64,000 nucleotides of DNA from Candidatus Levybacteria bacterium RIFCSPHIGHO2_01_FULL_40_16 (GTDB lineage Bacteria; Patescibacteriota; Microgenomatia; Levybacterales; UBA12049), in assembly GCA_001783805.1 (NCBI GenBank), contig MFNS01000007.1:89975-153974 (forward strand). The letters are read 5' to 3'. Both the position numbers and the translations under genes were made by a program. This document shows, piece after piece, positions 9,294 to 17,964 of this stretch. The notes under the pieces were generated by a model, which was given only the letters and a program-made list of their open reading frames with translations, was not told the origin of the DNA and made no database searches. How positions within the stretch are numbered: position 1 is the first letter of the stretch; each line of letters begins with the position of its first letter.

Positions 9294-9354
9294 CTACCTG
9301 CCCGCAATCGCTGAAGTGATAGCTTCTGCAAGCGGGCCATTGAGCTACAGAGGA
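9294..9354 (-). pseudogene. tRNA-Asn 5' fragment (nt 1-17) + 40-nt palindromic element (copy a) + GTAG (nt 18-21), truncated by the GIY-YIG gene
   Basis: 9338-9354 is the reverse complement of UCCUCUGUAGCUCAAUG. 9298-9337 is the palindrome. 9294-9297 is GTAG of the D-loop. Confidence 0.55.
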
Positions 9355-9546
9355 ATGTTAGACAATTTTACCATTAAACAATGGATAAATCTAGGGCTTT
9401 GAAAAGCCTTGAAGGTGCTGGATAATTAAGTTACTATATTAGTGTTACGATTCTCGAGCCAATTTTTTTAGTCTTAGACTTTGATGACTCCGGTAGACAT
9501 TCGAATCTTTTTGGTATAATTACCCCATAAATAGGACGCCACATAT

Positions 9547-10164
9547 ATGAAATTATATCTTTCATCATATCGTTTGGGAAATAGTTCTGAAAAACTAAAA
9601 GAATTATTTTCTGACAATAAAAATATTGCTGTCATAGGCAATGCTATGGATTTTGTGGATGGGATACAAAGAAAAGAAAAGATAAAACAATCAATAACAG
9701 AGTTGAAGAATTTAGGAATGTTTCCCGAAGAAGTAGATTTGCGTGATTATTTTGGAAAACAAAAAGAACTGAGTAAAAAATTAAAGCATTATAATGCCGT
9801 TTATGTCAGGGGAGGAAATACTTTTATTCTAAGACGTGCAATGGCACAAAGTGGTTTTGATAATCTGATGAAAGAGAAAAATAAGGATCCGAATTTTGTT
9901 TATGCAGGTTATAGCGCAGGCATATGTGTATTATCGCCTAATCTTCATGGACTCGAACTTATAGATGATCCAAGCGCGGTTCCGGACGGCTATAATCAAG
10001 AAGTTATTTGGGATGGCTTGGATATTGTCGATTTCTCCATTGCGCCGCATTATAAATCGAACCATCCTGAATCTGAAAACGTAGACAAAGAAGTAGAATA
10101 TTTTCTTAAACACAAAATACCTTTCAAAACTCTTCACGACGGTGAGGTTATTATTAGGGAATAG
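9547..10164 (+). CDS. Peptidase E / S51 family dipeptidase (alpha-aspartyl dipeptidase-like)
   Basis: VYVRGGNTF...AGYSAGICVLSP motifs typical of the peptidase S51 (PepE/cyanophycinase) fold. Confidence 0.65.
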   Translation: MKLYLSSYRLGNSSEKLKELFSDNKNIAVIGNAMDFVDGIQRKEKIKQSITELKNLGMFPEEVDLRDYFGKQKELSKKLKHYNAVYVRGGNTFILRRAMAQSGFDNLMKEKNKDPNFVYAGYSAGICVLSPNLHGLELIDDPSAVPDGYNQEVIWDGLDIVDFSIAPHYKSNHPESENVDKEVEYFLKHKIPFKTLHDGEVIIRE

Positions 10165-10307
10165 TTTTATAATAAATTCTAGCTTCGCTCCATCCAGAGG
10201 CGGGCAAGCATCAGGCGGAGCTGCGTAAGACTATAACCCCAAGCTGGAATCGATCGACTCGGGACGTATAATTGACATCAAAGTTTAAAAGGACTATAAA
10301 CTAGTTA

Positions 10308-11054
10308 ATGAAAAAGTTAATTCCTGTTGGTGTATTTGTAGTAATTATTCTGGGGGCAAGTTTTCTTTTTATCTATAACTCTTCCTCCCCATTAACACCC
10401 GGATCAAAACAAACCAATGAAAGTTCTATTAATACTTCCTTTTCAAACCCTAAAAAAAGCGCTCACTATGAAAGTAATACTCCGGAGCATGGATCAACCT
10501 TAGCAGGTGTACCGATAAATGTAGTAATAAACTTTAATTTCGATCTCGCAGTTCCATCAGATATAAAAATAGAAAATGACGGGAAGGATTATGGAATTGG
10601 AGAAACCGAAATTGATGAGAATAAGCTATCCATGAGAAAAAATATGGACCCTAATTCGCCAAATGGAATTTATACTGTTAACTACAAGGCTTGCTGGCCA
10701 GATGGAAGCTGCCATGACGGAGGTTTCCAATTCGCAATAGACAGGACACAAGATTCTTCATATGAAGATATGATTGGACAAAATGAAATAACAATCAGAA
10801 TGAGCGAGATACAGTTTATGCCTAAGAATTTAAAAATCGGTAAAGGCACTAAAGTAACCTGGGTCAACAATGACGAAGTTGAGCATTTTGTAAACACAGA
10901 CTCTCATCCAGCGCATACATACTTCCCTAATCAAAACTCTAAAGCTCTAAAAACTGGAGACACCTATTCTGTTACATTCAGCGATACGGGAATTTATCTC
11001 TATCATTGCTCGGCTCATGCCGACTCAATGATTGGATCAATACTCGTAGAGTAA
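10308..11054 (+). CDS. Secreted CopC-like domain fused to a type-1 copper cupredoxin domain
   Basis: Signal/TM N-terminus. The C-terminus has VEHF...YHCSAH...SMIG, i.e. the H, C, H, M copper ligands of plastocyanin/azurin-like proteins. Confidence 0.6.
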   Translation: MKKLIPVGVFVVIILGASFLFIYNSSSPLTPGSKQTNESSINTSFSNPKKSAHYESNTPEHGSTLAGVPINVVINFNFDLAVPSDIKIENDGKDYGIGETEIDENKLSMRKNMDPNSPNGIYTVNYKACWPDGSCHDGGFQFAIDRTQDSSYEDMIGQNEITIRMSEIQFMPKNLKIGKGTKVTWVNNDEVEHFVNTDSHPAHTYFPNQNSKALKTGDTYSVTFSDTGIYLYHCSAHADSMIGSILVE

Positions 11055-11341
11055 TAGCTCCTCGACTCATCCATTAAGCGGAGTTTAATCCTGGATAATA
11101 TAACTATGATGTCGAACGGTTCTTGACCGACACACAGAGCCAGATATGATGCTGGAAGCATAAAGCGTCCCTTTTTATTGATATTACGGGCTTTTTCAAG
11201 GGCTCGAATAATCTTTGCGTGAACCTCGCTAGGAAAGCGATTTCCAACTTTCCCAACTTTAGGTTTATTTTGTGCTAAAATAGCGGTGACTACAATAGAT
11301 ACAATATGAAAACAATTTTCTGCGAGTTTCTCGACAGTCAA
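11015..11341 (-). CDS. Hypothetical ORF in a relatively GC-rich spacer (doubtful)
   Basis: ORF only. Overlaps the starts or ends of both neighbouring genes. No motif recognised. Confidence 0.2.
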   Translation of the reverse strand: MTVEKLAENCFHIVSIVVTAILAQNKPKVGKVGNRFPSEVHAKIIRALEKARNINKKGRFMLPASYLALCVGQEPFDIIVILSRIKLRLMDESRSYYSTSIDPIIESA

Positions 11342-11788
11342 GACAAAAACGGCACTATTACCATCAAACCGCTGGGAAAAGCAAAAAATAATATTACTAA
11401 GCCAACACTACCTGGCTGGAAGGATATAATCAGCGAGATTGTAATTGATAAAAGATATGCCAAAGGCTTAGACGGGATTGAGGATTATTCTCATGTAATT
11501 ATCGTTTACTGGATGGATAAGGAAAAGGAGTGTCATCTCAAGCATCATCCTCAAGGCAGAGAAGATATCCCATATATTGGAATCTTTGCTTGCCGTTGTC
11601 CGCAAAGACCAAATAGAATTGCTATCTCAACCGTTGAGTTAGTCAAAAGAAAAGGGAATATTTTAACGGTTAAGGGTTTGGATATTGTCAATGGTACACC
11701 AATACTTGACATCAAACCTTATACCCCTCAATATGACGAGGTTAAAAATGCTAAAGCCTCCGATTGGGTCAGTAAACTTGTTTTCTAA
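11306..11788 (+). CDS. TsaA/TrmO-like tRNA methyltransferase N-terminal domain protein (YaeB/UPF0066 family)
   Basis: GIEDYSHVIIVYWMD...GIFACRCPQRPNRIAISTVELV...GLDIVNGTPILDIKPY matches the TrmO/TsaA beta-barrel domain. Confidence 0.7.
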   Translation: MKTIFCEFLDSQDKNGTITIKPLGKAKNNITKPTLPGWKDIISEIVIDKRYAKGLDGIEDYSHVIIVYWMDKEKECHLKHHPQGREDIPYIGIFACRCPQRPNRIAISTVELVKRKGNILTVKGLDIVNGTPILDIKPYTPQYDEVKNAKASDWVSKLVF

Positions 11789-11935
11789 AAAACGCTAAAG
11801 TTGTAGATAAATAATAGGTTCTAATAGCCTTTCTGTAAGCTCAGTGTAAGCGGACAGGCGTTAAGCCGAGTAATCTTACCTCAGGATTGACAATTTCTGC
11901 TTTTGATGTATAACTATTATTAGTGCTAAAAGAAA

Positions 11936-12211
11936 GTGAAAATTATGTCTAGAGAAGCTAAGCTCTTAATTTTAACTTGGGTAATGATCGGATTATTGGT
12001 CGCTGGAGGAGTAGGTTTTTATCTTGGAAGGGCGACTGCTCCTAAGACTCAAGGAATCCTTCAGGATGGAATTCAACCGCCGGGGTCACAGCAGCTCGGA
12101 CCGCAAAGCGGACAGCTCCAGGGTTCGCCTTTTCCAACAGGAAGACAACAACCACCTCAAGGGCAACAAAATCCGCCAGATGGAGGAAGTCAACCCCTTC
12201 CGCAAAAATAG
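11936..12211 (+). CDS. Small membrane-anchored Pro/Gln/Gly-rich protein
   Basis: One TM helix followed by a low-complexity PQG-rich tail. Confidence 0.4.
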   Translation: MKIMSREAKLLILTWVMIGLLVAGGVGFYLGRATAPKTQGILQDGIQPPGSQQLGPQSGQLQGSPFPTGRQQPPQGQQNPPDGGSQPLPQK

Positions 12212-12300
12212 GTTAAAATAGCCCTTCTGTAAACTCAGGGTAAACTGTCCCTCCAGAGGCGGGCAAGCATTCGGCGGATAAAATTAGCTTCAAATCTCTT

Positions 12301-12621
12301 TTACTTAAGAAAAGCTACCACCACTTCAAAGATCGGGGGAAAAACCATCAGGGAAAATAAAACTATTGAGAAGCAAAACGCAAGAAAGGCTGATTTTTGA
12401 TTCTTTAATCTCATAATTCTAAATATAAAAAGGGCAATACCCATCACCAATATCGACGCCAAAAACAACCCCAGTAACGGACCCATGGGTGGGTAAAAGT
12501 TCAAAGTTGCTTTAACGCCCGGATAAGCTCCTTTCAGAATATTTAACACCCAAAAGAAAGTTAAACTGCTTACTGCTGAATATAATACGCCAATTGCCTG
12601 CTCAAGGTTCTTATTCTGCAT
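12301..12621 (-). CDS. Hypothetical integral membrane protein
   Basis: Three predicted TM helices. Tandem with the next membrane protein. Confidence 0.4.
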   Translation of the reverse strand: MQNKNLEQAIGVLYSAVSSLTFFWVLNILKGAYPGVKATLNFYPPMGPLLGLFLASILVMGIALFIFRIMRLKNQKSAFLAFCFSIVLFSLMVFPPIFEVVVAFLK

Positions 12622-12625
12622 ATAT

Positions 12626-13138
12626 TTAATAAACTTCTGCCGCTTTGGTTACTAAAACTGCTTCTCCTGCGACCATCAGAACAAATAATAACGAAAATAT
12701 TATGGCTGCCAGTGTCGCGTATCTTAAAAACCTATTTTTATCGGAATCTGAAAATGAGCTACCTAATTTAAAGACTATAAATAAGGCACAAAAAATTAAG
12801 ATAGGGGGCGCAAACGCTAGAAATTCTTTATGTTCAAAAACGATCTTGTGCAACCAGGCCGTATCCGGGAAGGACAATAACGTATCTCTGGGTCCGCCTA
12901 CTGCCCGATAAGGCATATAAACCAAAAGTCCGGCAAGATCCAGAAACACTAGGTCCAAAAATAAGATTAGTAAAACCTTTCTTAGCCAGGAAACCGAAGA
13001 TTTAACCCTGTCGGTCAAAAAATATAAACAAATCGCTCCTCCAAATAAGATCAGCGAAATCATCCCCAAAAGACCATGCAGATTTGCAAATTTGCTCCAA
13101 AAAGGCAGTTCGGAAATTCTGGTAAAAAATTCGACCAT
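12626..13138 (-). CDS. Hypothetical integral membrane protein
   Basis: Multiple TM helices. 4-nt spacing to the downstream membrane ORF. Confidence 0.4.
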   Translation of the reverse strand: MVEFFTRISELPFWSKFANLHGLLGMISLILFGGAICLYFLTDRVKSSVSWLRKVLLILFLDLVFLDLAGLLVYMPYRAVGGPRDTLLSFPDTAWLHKIVFEHKEFLAFAPPILIFCALFIVFKLGSSFSDSDKNRFLRYATLAAIIFSLLFVLMVAGEAVLVTKAAEVY

Positions 13139-13214
13139 TTTTGCTCTTATTCAGTATAATAAAGCTGTTTATTAAACGCAACAGGTTCAATCCCTCCCAT
13201 CAGGTGGTATAATT

Positions 13215-13910
13215 GTGGCGATGAAATCTTTGGAAAATAAAGTTGTGGTTATAACCGGCGGGGCCAAAGGAATCGGATTTGCGGATGCCAAGTTATTTTT
13301 GCAGCGAGGCGCCAAAGTGGCAATCTGCGATCTTTGGGAAAAAGAATTAATCAGTGCTAAAAAAACACTTAAAAAATACGGCGAAGTTTTTGCCAGAGCT
13401 GCGGATATACGCAAAGAAAAAGCAGTTGTAAAATTTGTAAAAGAAGTCATCGCTCATTATGGAAGACTAGATGTTTTGATAAATAATGCCGGAATTTTGC
13501 CTTCGCGCGCAGATTTTTCAGAACAATCACCTTCCGTAATAGATGATGTTATTGATACGAACTTAAAAGGAATTTTATACATGACCCGGGCTGTTATAAA
13601 CCATATGATAAATAAAAAATCCGGAATTATTATTAATATGTCCTCTGTAGCCGGCATTGAGGGGTATGCGGAAATGGCTGTTTATTGCGCCACAAAATTT
13701 GGGATCAGAGGTTTTTCCGAAGCTCTTGATGAAGAAGTTTCCGGACAAGGAATTAAAGTTTACTCAATCTGTCCGGGACCGGTCAAAACTGATTTGAATG
13801 CCGGATTTACCGGCCGGCCAGCGGAAGGAATTCCACCTGAAGAAGTAGCAGAACTGATCGTTAAAATCGTAGCCACTCTTCCCGCATCAAAAACTTGCTT
13901 CGAAATCTAA
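13215..13910 (+). CDS. SDR family NAD(P)-dependent oxidoreductase
   Basis: TGGAKGIG glycine motif, NNAG, and the S...YxxxK (YCATK) catalytic triad. Confidence 0.85.
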   Translation: MAMKSLENKVVVITGGAKGIGFADAKLFLQRGAKVAICDLWEKELISAKKTLKKYGEVFARAADIRKEKAVVKFVKEVIAHYGRLDVLINNAGILPSRADFSEQSPSVIDDVIDTNLKGILYMTRAVINHMINKKSGIIINMSSVAGIEGYAEMAVYCATKFGIRGFSEALDEEVSGQGIKVYSICPGPVKTDLNAGFTGRPAEGIPPEEVAELIVKIVATLPASKTCFEI

Positions 13911-13913
13911 ATG

Positions 13914-13962
13914 TGGCAAGATTTGGCAAGATATGGCAATATTCGGCAAGATCTGGTAAGAT
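13914..13962. repeat. Five tandem ~10-nt direct repeats TGGCAAGATn immediately upstream of the Fic gene
   Basis: TGGCAAGATt TGGCAAGATa TGGCAATATtc GGCAAGATc TGGTAAGAT, read directly from the sequence. Confidence 0.7.
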
Positions 13963-13983
13963 AATACTGAGTTTATCGAACGT

Positions 13984-14967
13984 ATGAAGATTCCGCCCTC
14001 ATATACCATTTCCGACGAAATGCTTTCGCTAATTACCAAGATTGAAGCGCAGCGTCTATATTTTTCTTCATTAAATCTTGAAAGTCAAATTAAAGAAAAT
14101 ATTCGAAGAGTCAGCCTGTTAAAAAGTTCGCTTTTTTCAGCCCGCATTGAAGGAAATCCTCTGAAAATATCCGATTTTGATTTTTTGTCGGAAACCGAAA
14201 AAGAAAAGAAAAAAGAGATCTTCAATATTGTTGAAGCAATCAACTTTATAGATAAAAAAATCACGAAAATTCCAATTACGAAAGATATTATCTTATCTCT
14301 TCATGCGTGGGTTTTGAAAAATTTATCTCCGGATGCAGGGCATTTCCGAAAAGAAGTCAGTGCAATTTTTAATCAGGCAGGGATGGCTGTTTACATGCCT
14401 CCCCCGCCATCCCAAATTTTAAAATTATTGGATAATCTTTTGATTTATATAAACTCTGAAGAAAAATTTCCTTTGCTTAGGGCTTTTGTTGTCCATCTTA
14501 TCTTTGAAAAAATTCATCCCTTTATTGACGGTAATGGCAGGGTCGGCAGGCTTTTGATTTCGGCAGTTCTTAAGTCGCAAGATTGGGATTTTACTTTCAC
14601 AGTGCCTTTTGAAGAGTATCTGGACGAACATAAAGACGAATATTATTCTCATTTGAATGACGGGTTGAAAAATACCAATGATTATCTTGAATTTATGCTT
14701 GAAGCATTTTACCAACAAATAGAGAGGATAAAAATTCAGGTTAATGCGGAAACCGCCAGAGAAAAGCATCCGTTTCTTCCTCCCCGCCAGGAAGAAATAT
14801 TCAACATTATTAAAGATCAATTTATAGCCTCTTTTGATATGATCCGTAGGCGTTTTATTCAGATTCCGGAAAGAACTCTTCGCTATGATTTAAAAAAGCT
14901 TTTGGATAGAAAACTGATTGAAAAGTCCGGCGAAACCAAAGGAAGATATTATCGAATAAGAAAATAG
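13984..14967 (+). CDS. Fic/DOC family protein (class II, N-terminal inhibitory helix SxxxEG)
   Basis: HPFIDGNGRVGRLL core Fic motif. SARIEGN inhibitory motif near the N-terminus. C-terminal winged-helix-like tail. Confidence 0.9.
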   Translation: MKIPPSYTISDEMLSLITKIEAQRLYFSSLNLESQIKENIRRVSLLKSSLFSARIEGNPLKISDFDFLSETEKEKKKEIFNIVEAINFIDKKITKIPITKDIILSLHAWVLKNLSPDAGHFRKEVSAIFNQAGMAVYMPPPPSQILKLLDNLLIYINSEEKFPLLRAFVVHLIFEKIHPFIDGNGRVGRLLISAVLKSQDWDFTFTVPFEEYLDEHKDEYYSHLNDGLKNTNDYLEFMLEAFYQQIERIKIQVNAETAREKHPFLPPRQEEIFNIIKDQFIASFDMIRRRFIQIPERTLRYDLKKLLDRKLIEKSGETKGRYYRIRK

Positions 14968-14988
14968 TGAATAGTGTATAATTTATTT

Positions 14989-15111
14989 ATGGGAAGAAAA
15001 CGTGTAAGAGTTGGAGCAAAGAAAAGATCTCATTCTTATAAAACCAAAAAACGGCTGGCAATAAAACGCGCAATGCTCTTGCAAAGAGCCAAGAAAAAAC
15101 ACAGAAAATAA
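14989..15111 (+). CDS. Putative 40-aa highly basic small protein (MGRKRVRVGAKKRSHSYKTKKRLAIKRAMLLQRAKKKHRK)
   Basis: Short ORF not in the ORF track. 17 K/R in 40 aa, ribosomal-protein-like composition. Lies in an intergenic gap with no competing ORF. Confidence 0.3.
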   Translation: MGRKRVRVGAKKRSHSYKTKKRLAIKRAMLLQRAKKKHRK

Positions 15112-15174
15112 ATAGCGCTGGTCCCCCCGGGTTAAAACATTGACATTGGATTTCTTTCCTGCAAGAATAGGCGT

Positions 15175-15609
15175 ATGGCGGAAGAGGAAAAGGGCTACAG
15201 ATATAGCAAAAGGCCATTGTGGCAATGGTTTGTAATTTATTTAATTATCGGAGCGCTTGTTTACGGCCTGATTTATTATTTTGTTTTTGCCAAAAATAGC
15301 TATAATAATTCGCAGCCAGCTCCCAACGCAAGTCAAGCCCCAACAACTTCAGTCCCCGCAGCTAAAAATGCTATCCAGATAGTAAATTTTAGTTTCTCCC
15401 CGGCAACACTAACAGTTAAAGTCGGAGATACGGTTACCTGGACAAATCAAGATGGCATTGGGCACAGTGCAACTGCAGATGACAAAAGTTTTGACACCGG
15501 AATTTTAAGTCAAAGAAGATCAAGAGCTGTTACTTTTGGTAAAGCCGGAACTTATACTTACCATTGTAGTCCTCATCCCAATATGCGCGGAACAATTATT
15601 GTCCAGTAA
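15175..15609 (+). CDS. Membrane-anchored cupredoxin (plastocyanin/amicyanin-like type-1 copper protein)
   Basis: N-terminal TM segment. GHSA...YHCSPHPNMRG copper-ligand pattern (H, C, H, M). Confidence 0.7.
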   Translation: MAEEEKGYRYSKRPLWQWFVIYLIIGALVYGLIYYFVFAKNSYNNSQPAPNASQAPTTSVPAAKNAIQIVNFSFSPATLTVKVGDTVTWTNQDGIGHSATADDKSFDTGILSQRRSRAVTFGKAGTYTYHCSPHPNMRGTIIVQ

Positions 15610-15646
15610 CTTTTTCCCTTTAAGTAACTTCTGCTAGACTAAGTGC

Positions 15647-16372
15647 ATGACCATTTTCTTTTTTCTTACGGCTCTTTTTGCAGAAATCGTGGGAACGATT
15701 GCCGGTTTTGGTTCATCGACTATTCTTTTGCCTTTAGCGACCTTCTTTTTTAACTTTACAACCGCGTTGGCTTTAGTTGCTTTTTTTCATCTGTTTGGGA
15801 ATTTAAGCCGAGTTGGCTTTTTCAGAGCAGGACTGGATAAAGAAACTATTCTTAAGTTCGGCATTCCCAGCGTCATTTTTAGTATAATTGGAGCACTCCT
15901 TGTCAAATATGTTTCACAAGATTTACTGAAAGGTATTTTAGGAATTTTTCTGCTTATCTATTCCACAACATTTTTATTAAAAGAAAATTTACAGATCAAA
16001 AAATCTCTTGTTAATGCACTTTTGGGCGGAAGTTTATCCGGGTTTCTGGCAGGTCTTATCGGAACAGGCGGCGCATTGCGGGGAGCATTCCTTAACTCCT
16101 TTAATTTACCAAAAGAAAAGTACATTGCAACCTCCGCTTTTATTGCCATTATAGTTGACGCAACCCGTATTCCGGCTTATCTGAAAGAGGGCTTTCTGCA
16201 AAGTTCTTACAACTGGTATCTACTTATTCTTTTCCCCATTGCAATCGTGGGGTCTTTTATTGGAAAAAGAGTTGTTGTAAAAGTGCCACAAAAAATATTT
16301 AAAAAAGTTATACTTATGGCAATTTTGCTGATTAGTATTCAATTTATCTACACAGGCTTATTGCACAAATAA
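15647..16372 (+). CDS. TauE/SafE (TSUP) family sulfite/anion exporter
   Basis: Eight-TM internally duplicated protein with GxGGG motifs (AGFGSST, GTGGALRG). Confidence 0.8.
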   Translation: MTIFFFLTALFAEIVGTIAGFGSSTILLPLATFFFNFTTALALVAFFHLFGNLSRVGFFRAGLDKETILKFGIPSVIFSIIGALLVKYVSQDLLKGILGIFLLIYSTTFLLKENLQIKKSLVNALLGGSLSGFLAGLIGTGGALRGAFLNSFNLPKEKYIATSAFIAIIVDATRIPAYLKEGFLQSSYNWYLLILFPIAIVGSFIGKRVVVKVPQKIFKKVILMAILLISIQFIYTGLLHK

Positions 16373-16427
16373 AAAGGCCGGCTTTCTTTATTTTTTAAAA
16401 ACATAGATTATTTGATAAAATATATTT

Positions 16428-16844
16428 ATGAAAATTATTAAACAAACTTATTTGATTAATTCTTCTATTGAGGATGTCTGGCAGGCGCTGGTTGATCCAA
16501 AATATATTAACGCTTGGGGAGGCGGACCTGCAAAAATGGCTGACAAAGTCGGAACGAAATTTGAGTTTTGGGGCGGAGATATTCATGGAAAAAACATCGA
16601 AGTTGTTCCAAAGAAAAAACTTGTTCAGGAATGGTTTGGCGGAAATTGGGGAAAACCCTCTCTTGTTACTTTCACTTTAACCCAAGAAAAAGATGCTGTT
16701 AGAATAAATCTTCTGCAAACCGATGTTCCGGATAACGAGGCAAAAGATATTGGTGAGGGATGGAAAGATTATTACTTGGGGCCCCTGAAAAAATATCTGG
16801 AAAATAAATCCAGCACCGAACCGGTGCTGAATAAAGCTTCTTAG
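16428..16844 (+). CDS. SRPBCC/AHSA1-like domain protein
   Basis: [13 protein letters not shown] start and size (138 aa) typical of Activator-of-Hsp90-ATPase-like/polyketide-cyclase-fold proteins. Confidence 0.65.
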   Translation: MKIIKQTYLINSSIEDVWQALVDPKYINAWGGGPAKMADKVGTKFEFWGGDIHGKNIEVVPKKKLVQEWFGGNWGKPSLVTFTLTQEKDAVRINLLQTDVPDNEAKDIGEGWKDYYLGPLKKYLENKSSTEPVLNKAS

Positions 16845-17935
16845 TCTCCGAGGTAATCGCGGAGTTTGTTTCCCCGGGACGGGTGGCGGAGTTTTCGCAA
16901 AGCCTTTGCTTCAATTTGGCGTATTCGCTCCCGGGTAACCGCAAACATCCGCCCGACTTCTTCCAAGGTTTTCGGCTTGCCGTCTTTCAGGCCAAACCGT
17001 TCTTCCAAGACTCTTCTTTCCCGATCCGACAAAGTCATCAGCACTCCTTCAACCTGTTCTTTCAAAAGCTCCCGGGATGCGGAATCAAAAAGCGTTGGGG
17101 CTCCAGCATCATGAATAAAGTCTCCGAGCCGGCTGTCATCTTCATCCCCAACGGGCGTTTCCAAACTGGCCGGCTCCTGGGAAATTTTGATTATTTCCAA
17201 AGCTTTGTCAGGATCGATTCCCAATACTTTGGCTACTTCCTCCGGGGTCGGCTCGCGTCCCAATTCCTGCATCAGTTTCCTGGAAGTTCTTAAAAACCGA
17301 TTAATATTTTCAACCATGTGGACCGGAATTCTGATGGTTCTTGCCTGATCCGCAATTGCCCGGGTGATGCTTTGGCGGATCCACCAAGTGGCGTAGGTTG
17401 AGAATTTATAGCCTCTTCGCCAATCATATTTTTCAACCGCTCTGATCAGCCCTTGGTTTCCTTCCTGAATCAGATCCAAAAGCGTTAAGCCCCGTCCAAC
17501 GTATTTTTTGGCAATCGATACTACCAAACGCAAATTCGAGGTGGTCAATATTTTTTTTGCGGCTTTGTCTCCTTTTTCCACTCTTTTCGCCAGAGAAATT
17601 TCTTGATCGAATTTAAGAAGGGGGATTCTGCCTATTTCTTTAAGATACATCCTCACCGGATCCGAAACCGTTCCCTCGGTCAGAACCGTCAAAGCCTCGA
17701 GTTCCTTTTCCAAAGCCTCCATGGGCTTATTGTCTCCATCCTGATCTTTGACAACCGATTCGAAAACATCGATATTGGATTCCAGCAACTTGTTGTAGAG
17801 ATGATCAAGCTCTATCAAATGCTCTTCGGGTCTGGGGAAAATAGAGAGTATTTCATCTTGAGTGATGTACCCTCTTTTCTTAGCAGAAATTACAATATCG
17901 GAAAGTATATCCGGCGCTTTATCTTTTTTCTTCAT
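16841..17935 (-). CDS. rpoD: RNA polymerase sigma-70 factor RpoD
   Basis: Region 2.4-4.2 motifs: [27 protein letters not shown], and region 4 [20 protein letters not shown]...[15 protein letters not shown]. Confidence 0.9.
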   Translation of the reverse strand: MKKKDKAPDILSDIVISAKKRGYITQDEILSIFPRPEEHLIELDHLYNKLLESNIDVFESVVKDQDGDNKPMEALEKELEALTVLTEGTVSDPVRMYLKEIGRIPLLKFDQEISLAKRVEKGDKAAKKILTTSNLRLVVSIAKKYVGRGLTLLDLIQEGNQGLIRAVEKYDWRRGYKFSTYATWWIRQSITRAIADQARTIRIPVHMVENINRFLRTSRKLMQELGREPTPEEVAKVLGIDPDKALEIIKISQEPASLETPVGDEDDSRLGDFIHDAGAPTLFDSASRELLKEQVEGVLMTLSDRERRVLEERFGLKDGKPKTLEEVGRMFAVTRERIRQIEAKALRKLRHPSRGNKLRDYLGD

Positions 17936-17964
17936 AGCTATCTGAAGCCTTATTATACCACGCT

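Noticed and set aside
9281-9340. Longer GIY-YIG model starting at the ATG at 9340 (MARLQKLSLQRLRAGRKCADV...).
   Set aside because: That ATG is formed by the tRNA D-loop AAUG/palindrome junction, and the extension is read-through of the palindromic element. The conserved GIY-YIG N-terminus (AKFFYTYVL) begins at the GTG at 9280.
13914-13962. Checked whether the TGGCAAGAT repeat array (and other tandem repeats) could be a CRISPR array.
   Set aside because: Repeat unit is only about 10 nt with no unique spacers. No cas genes in the window.
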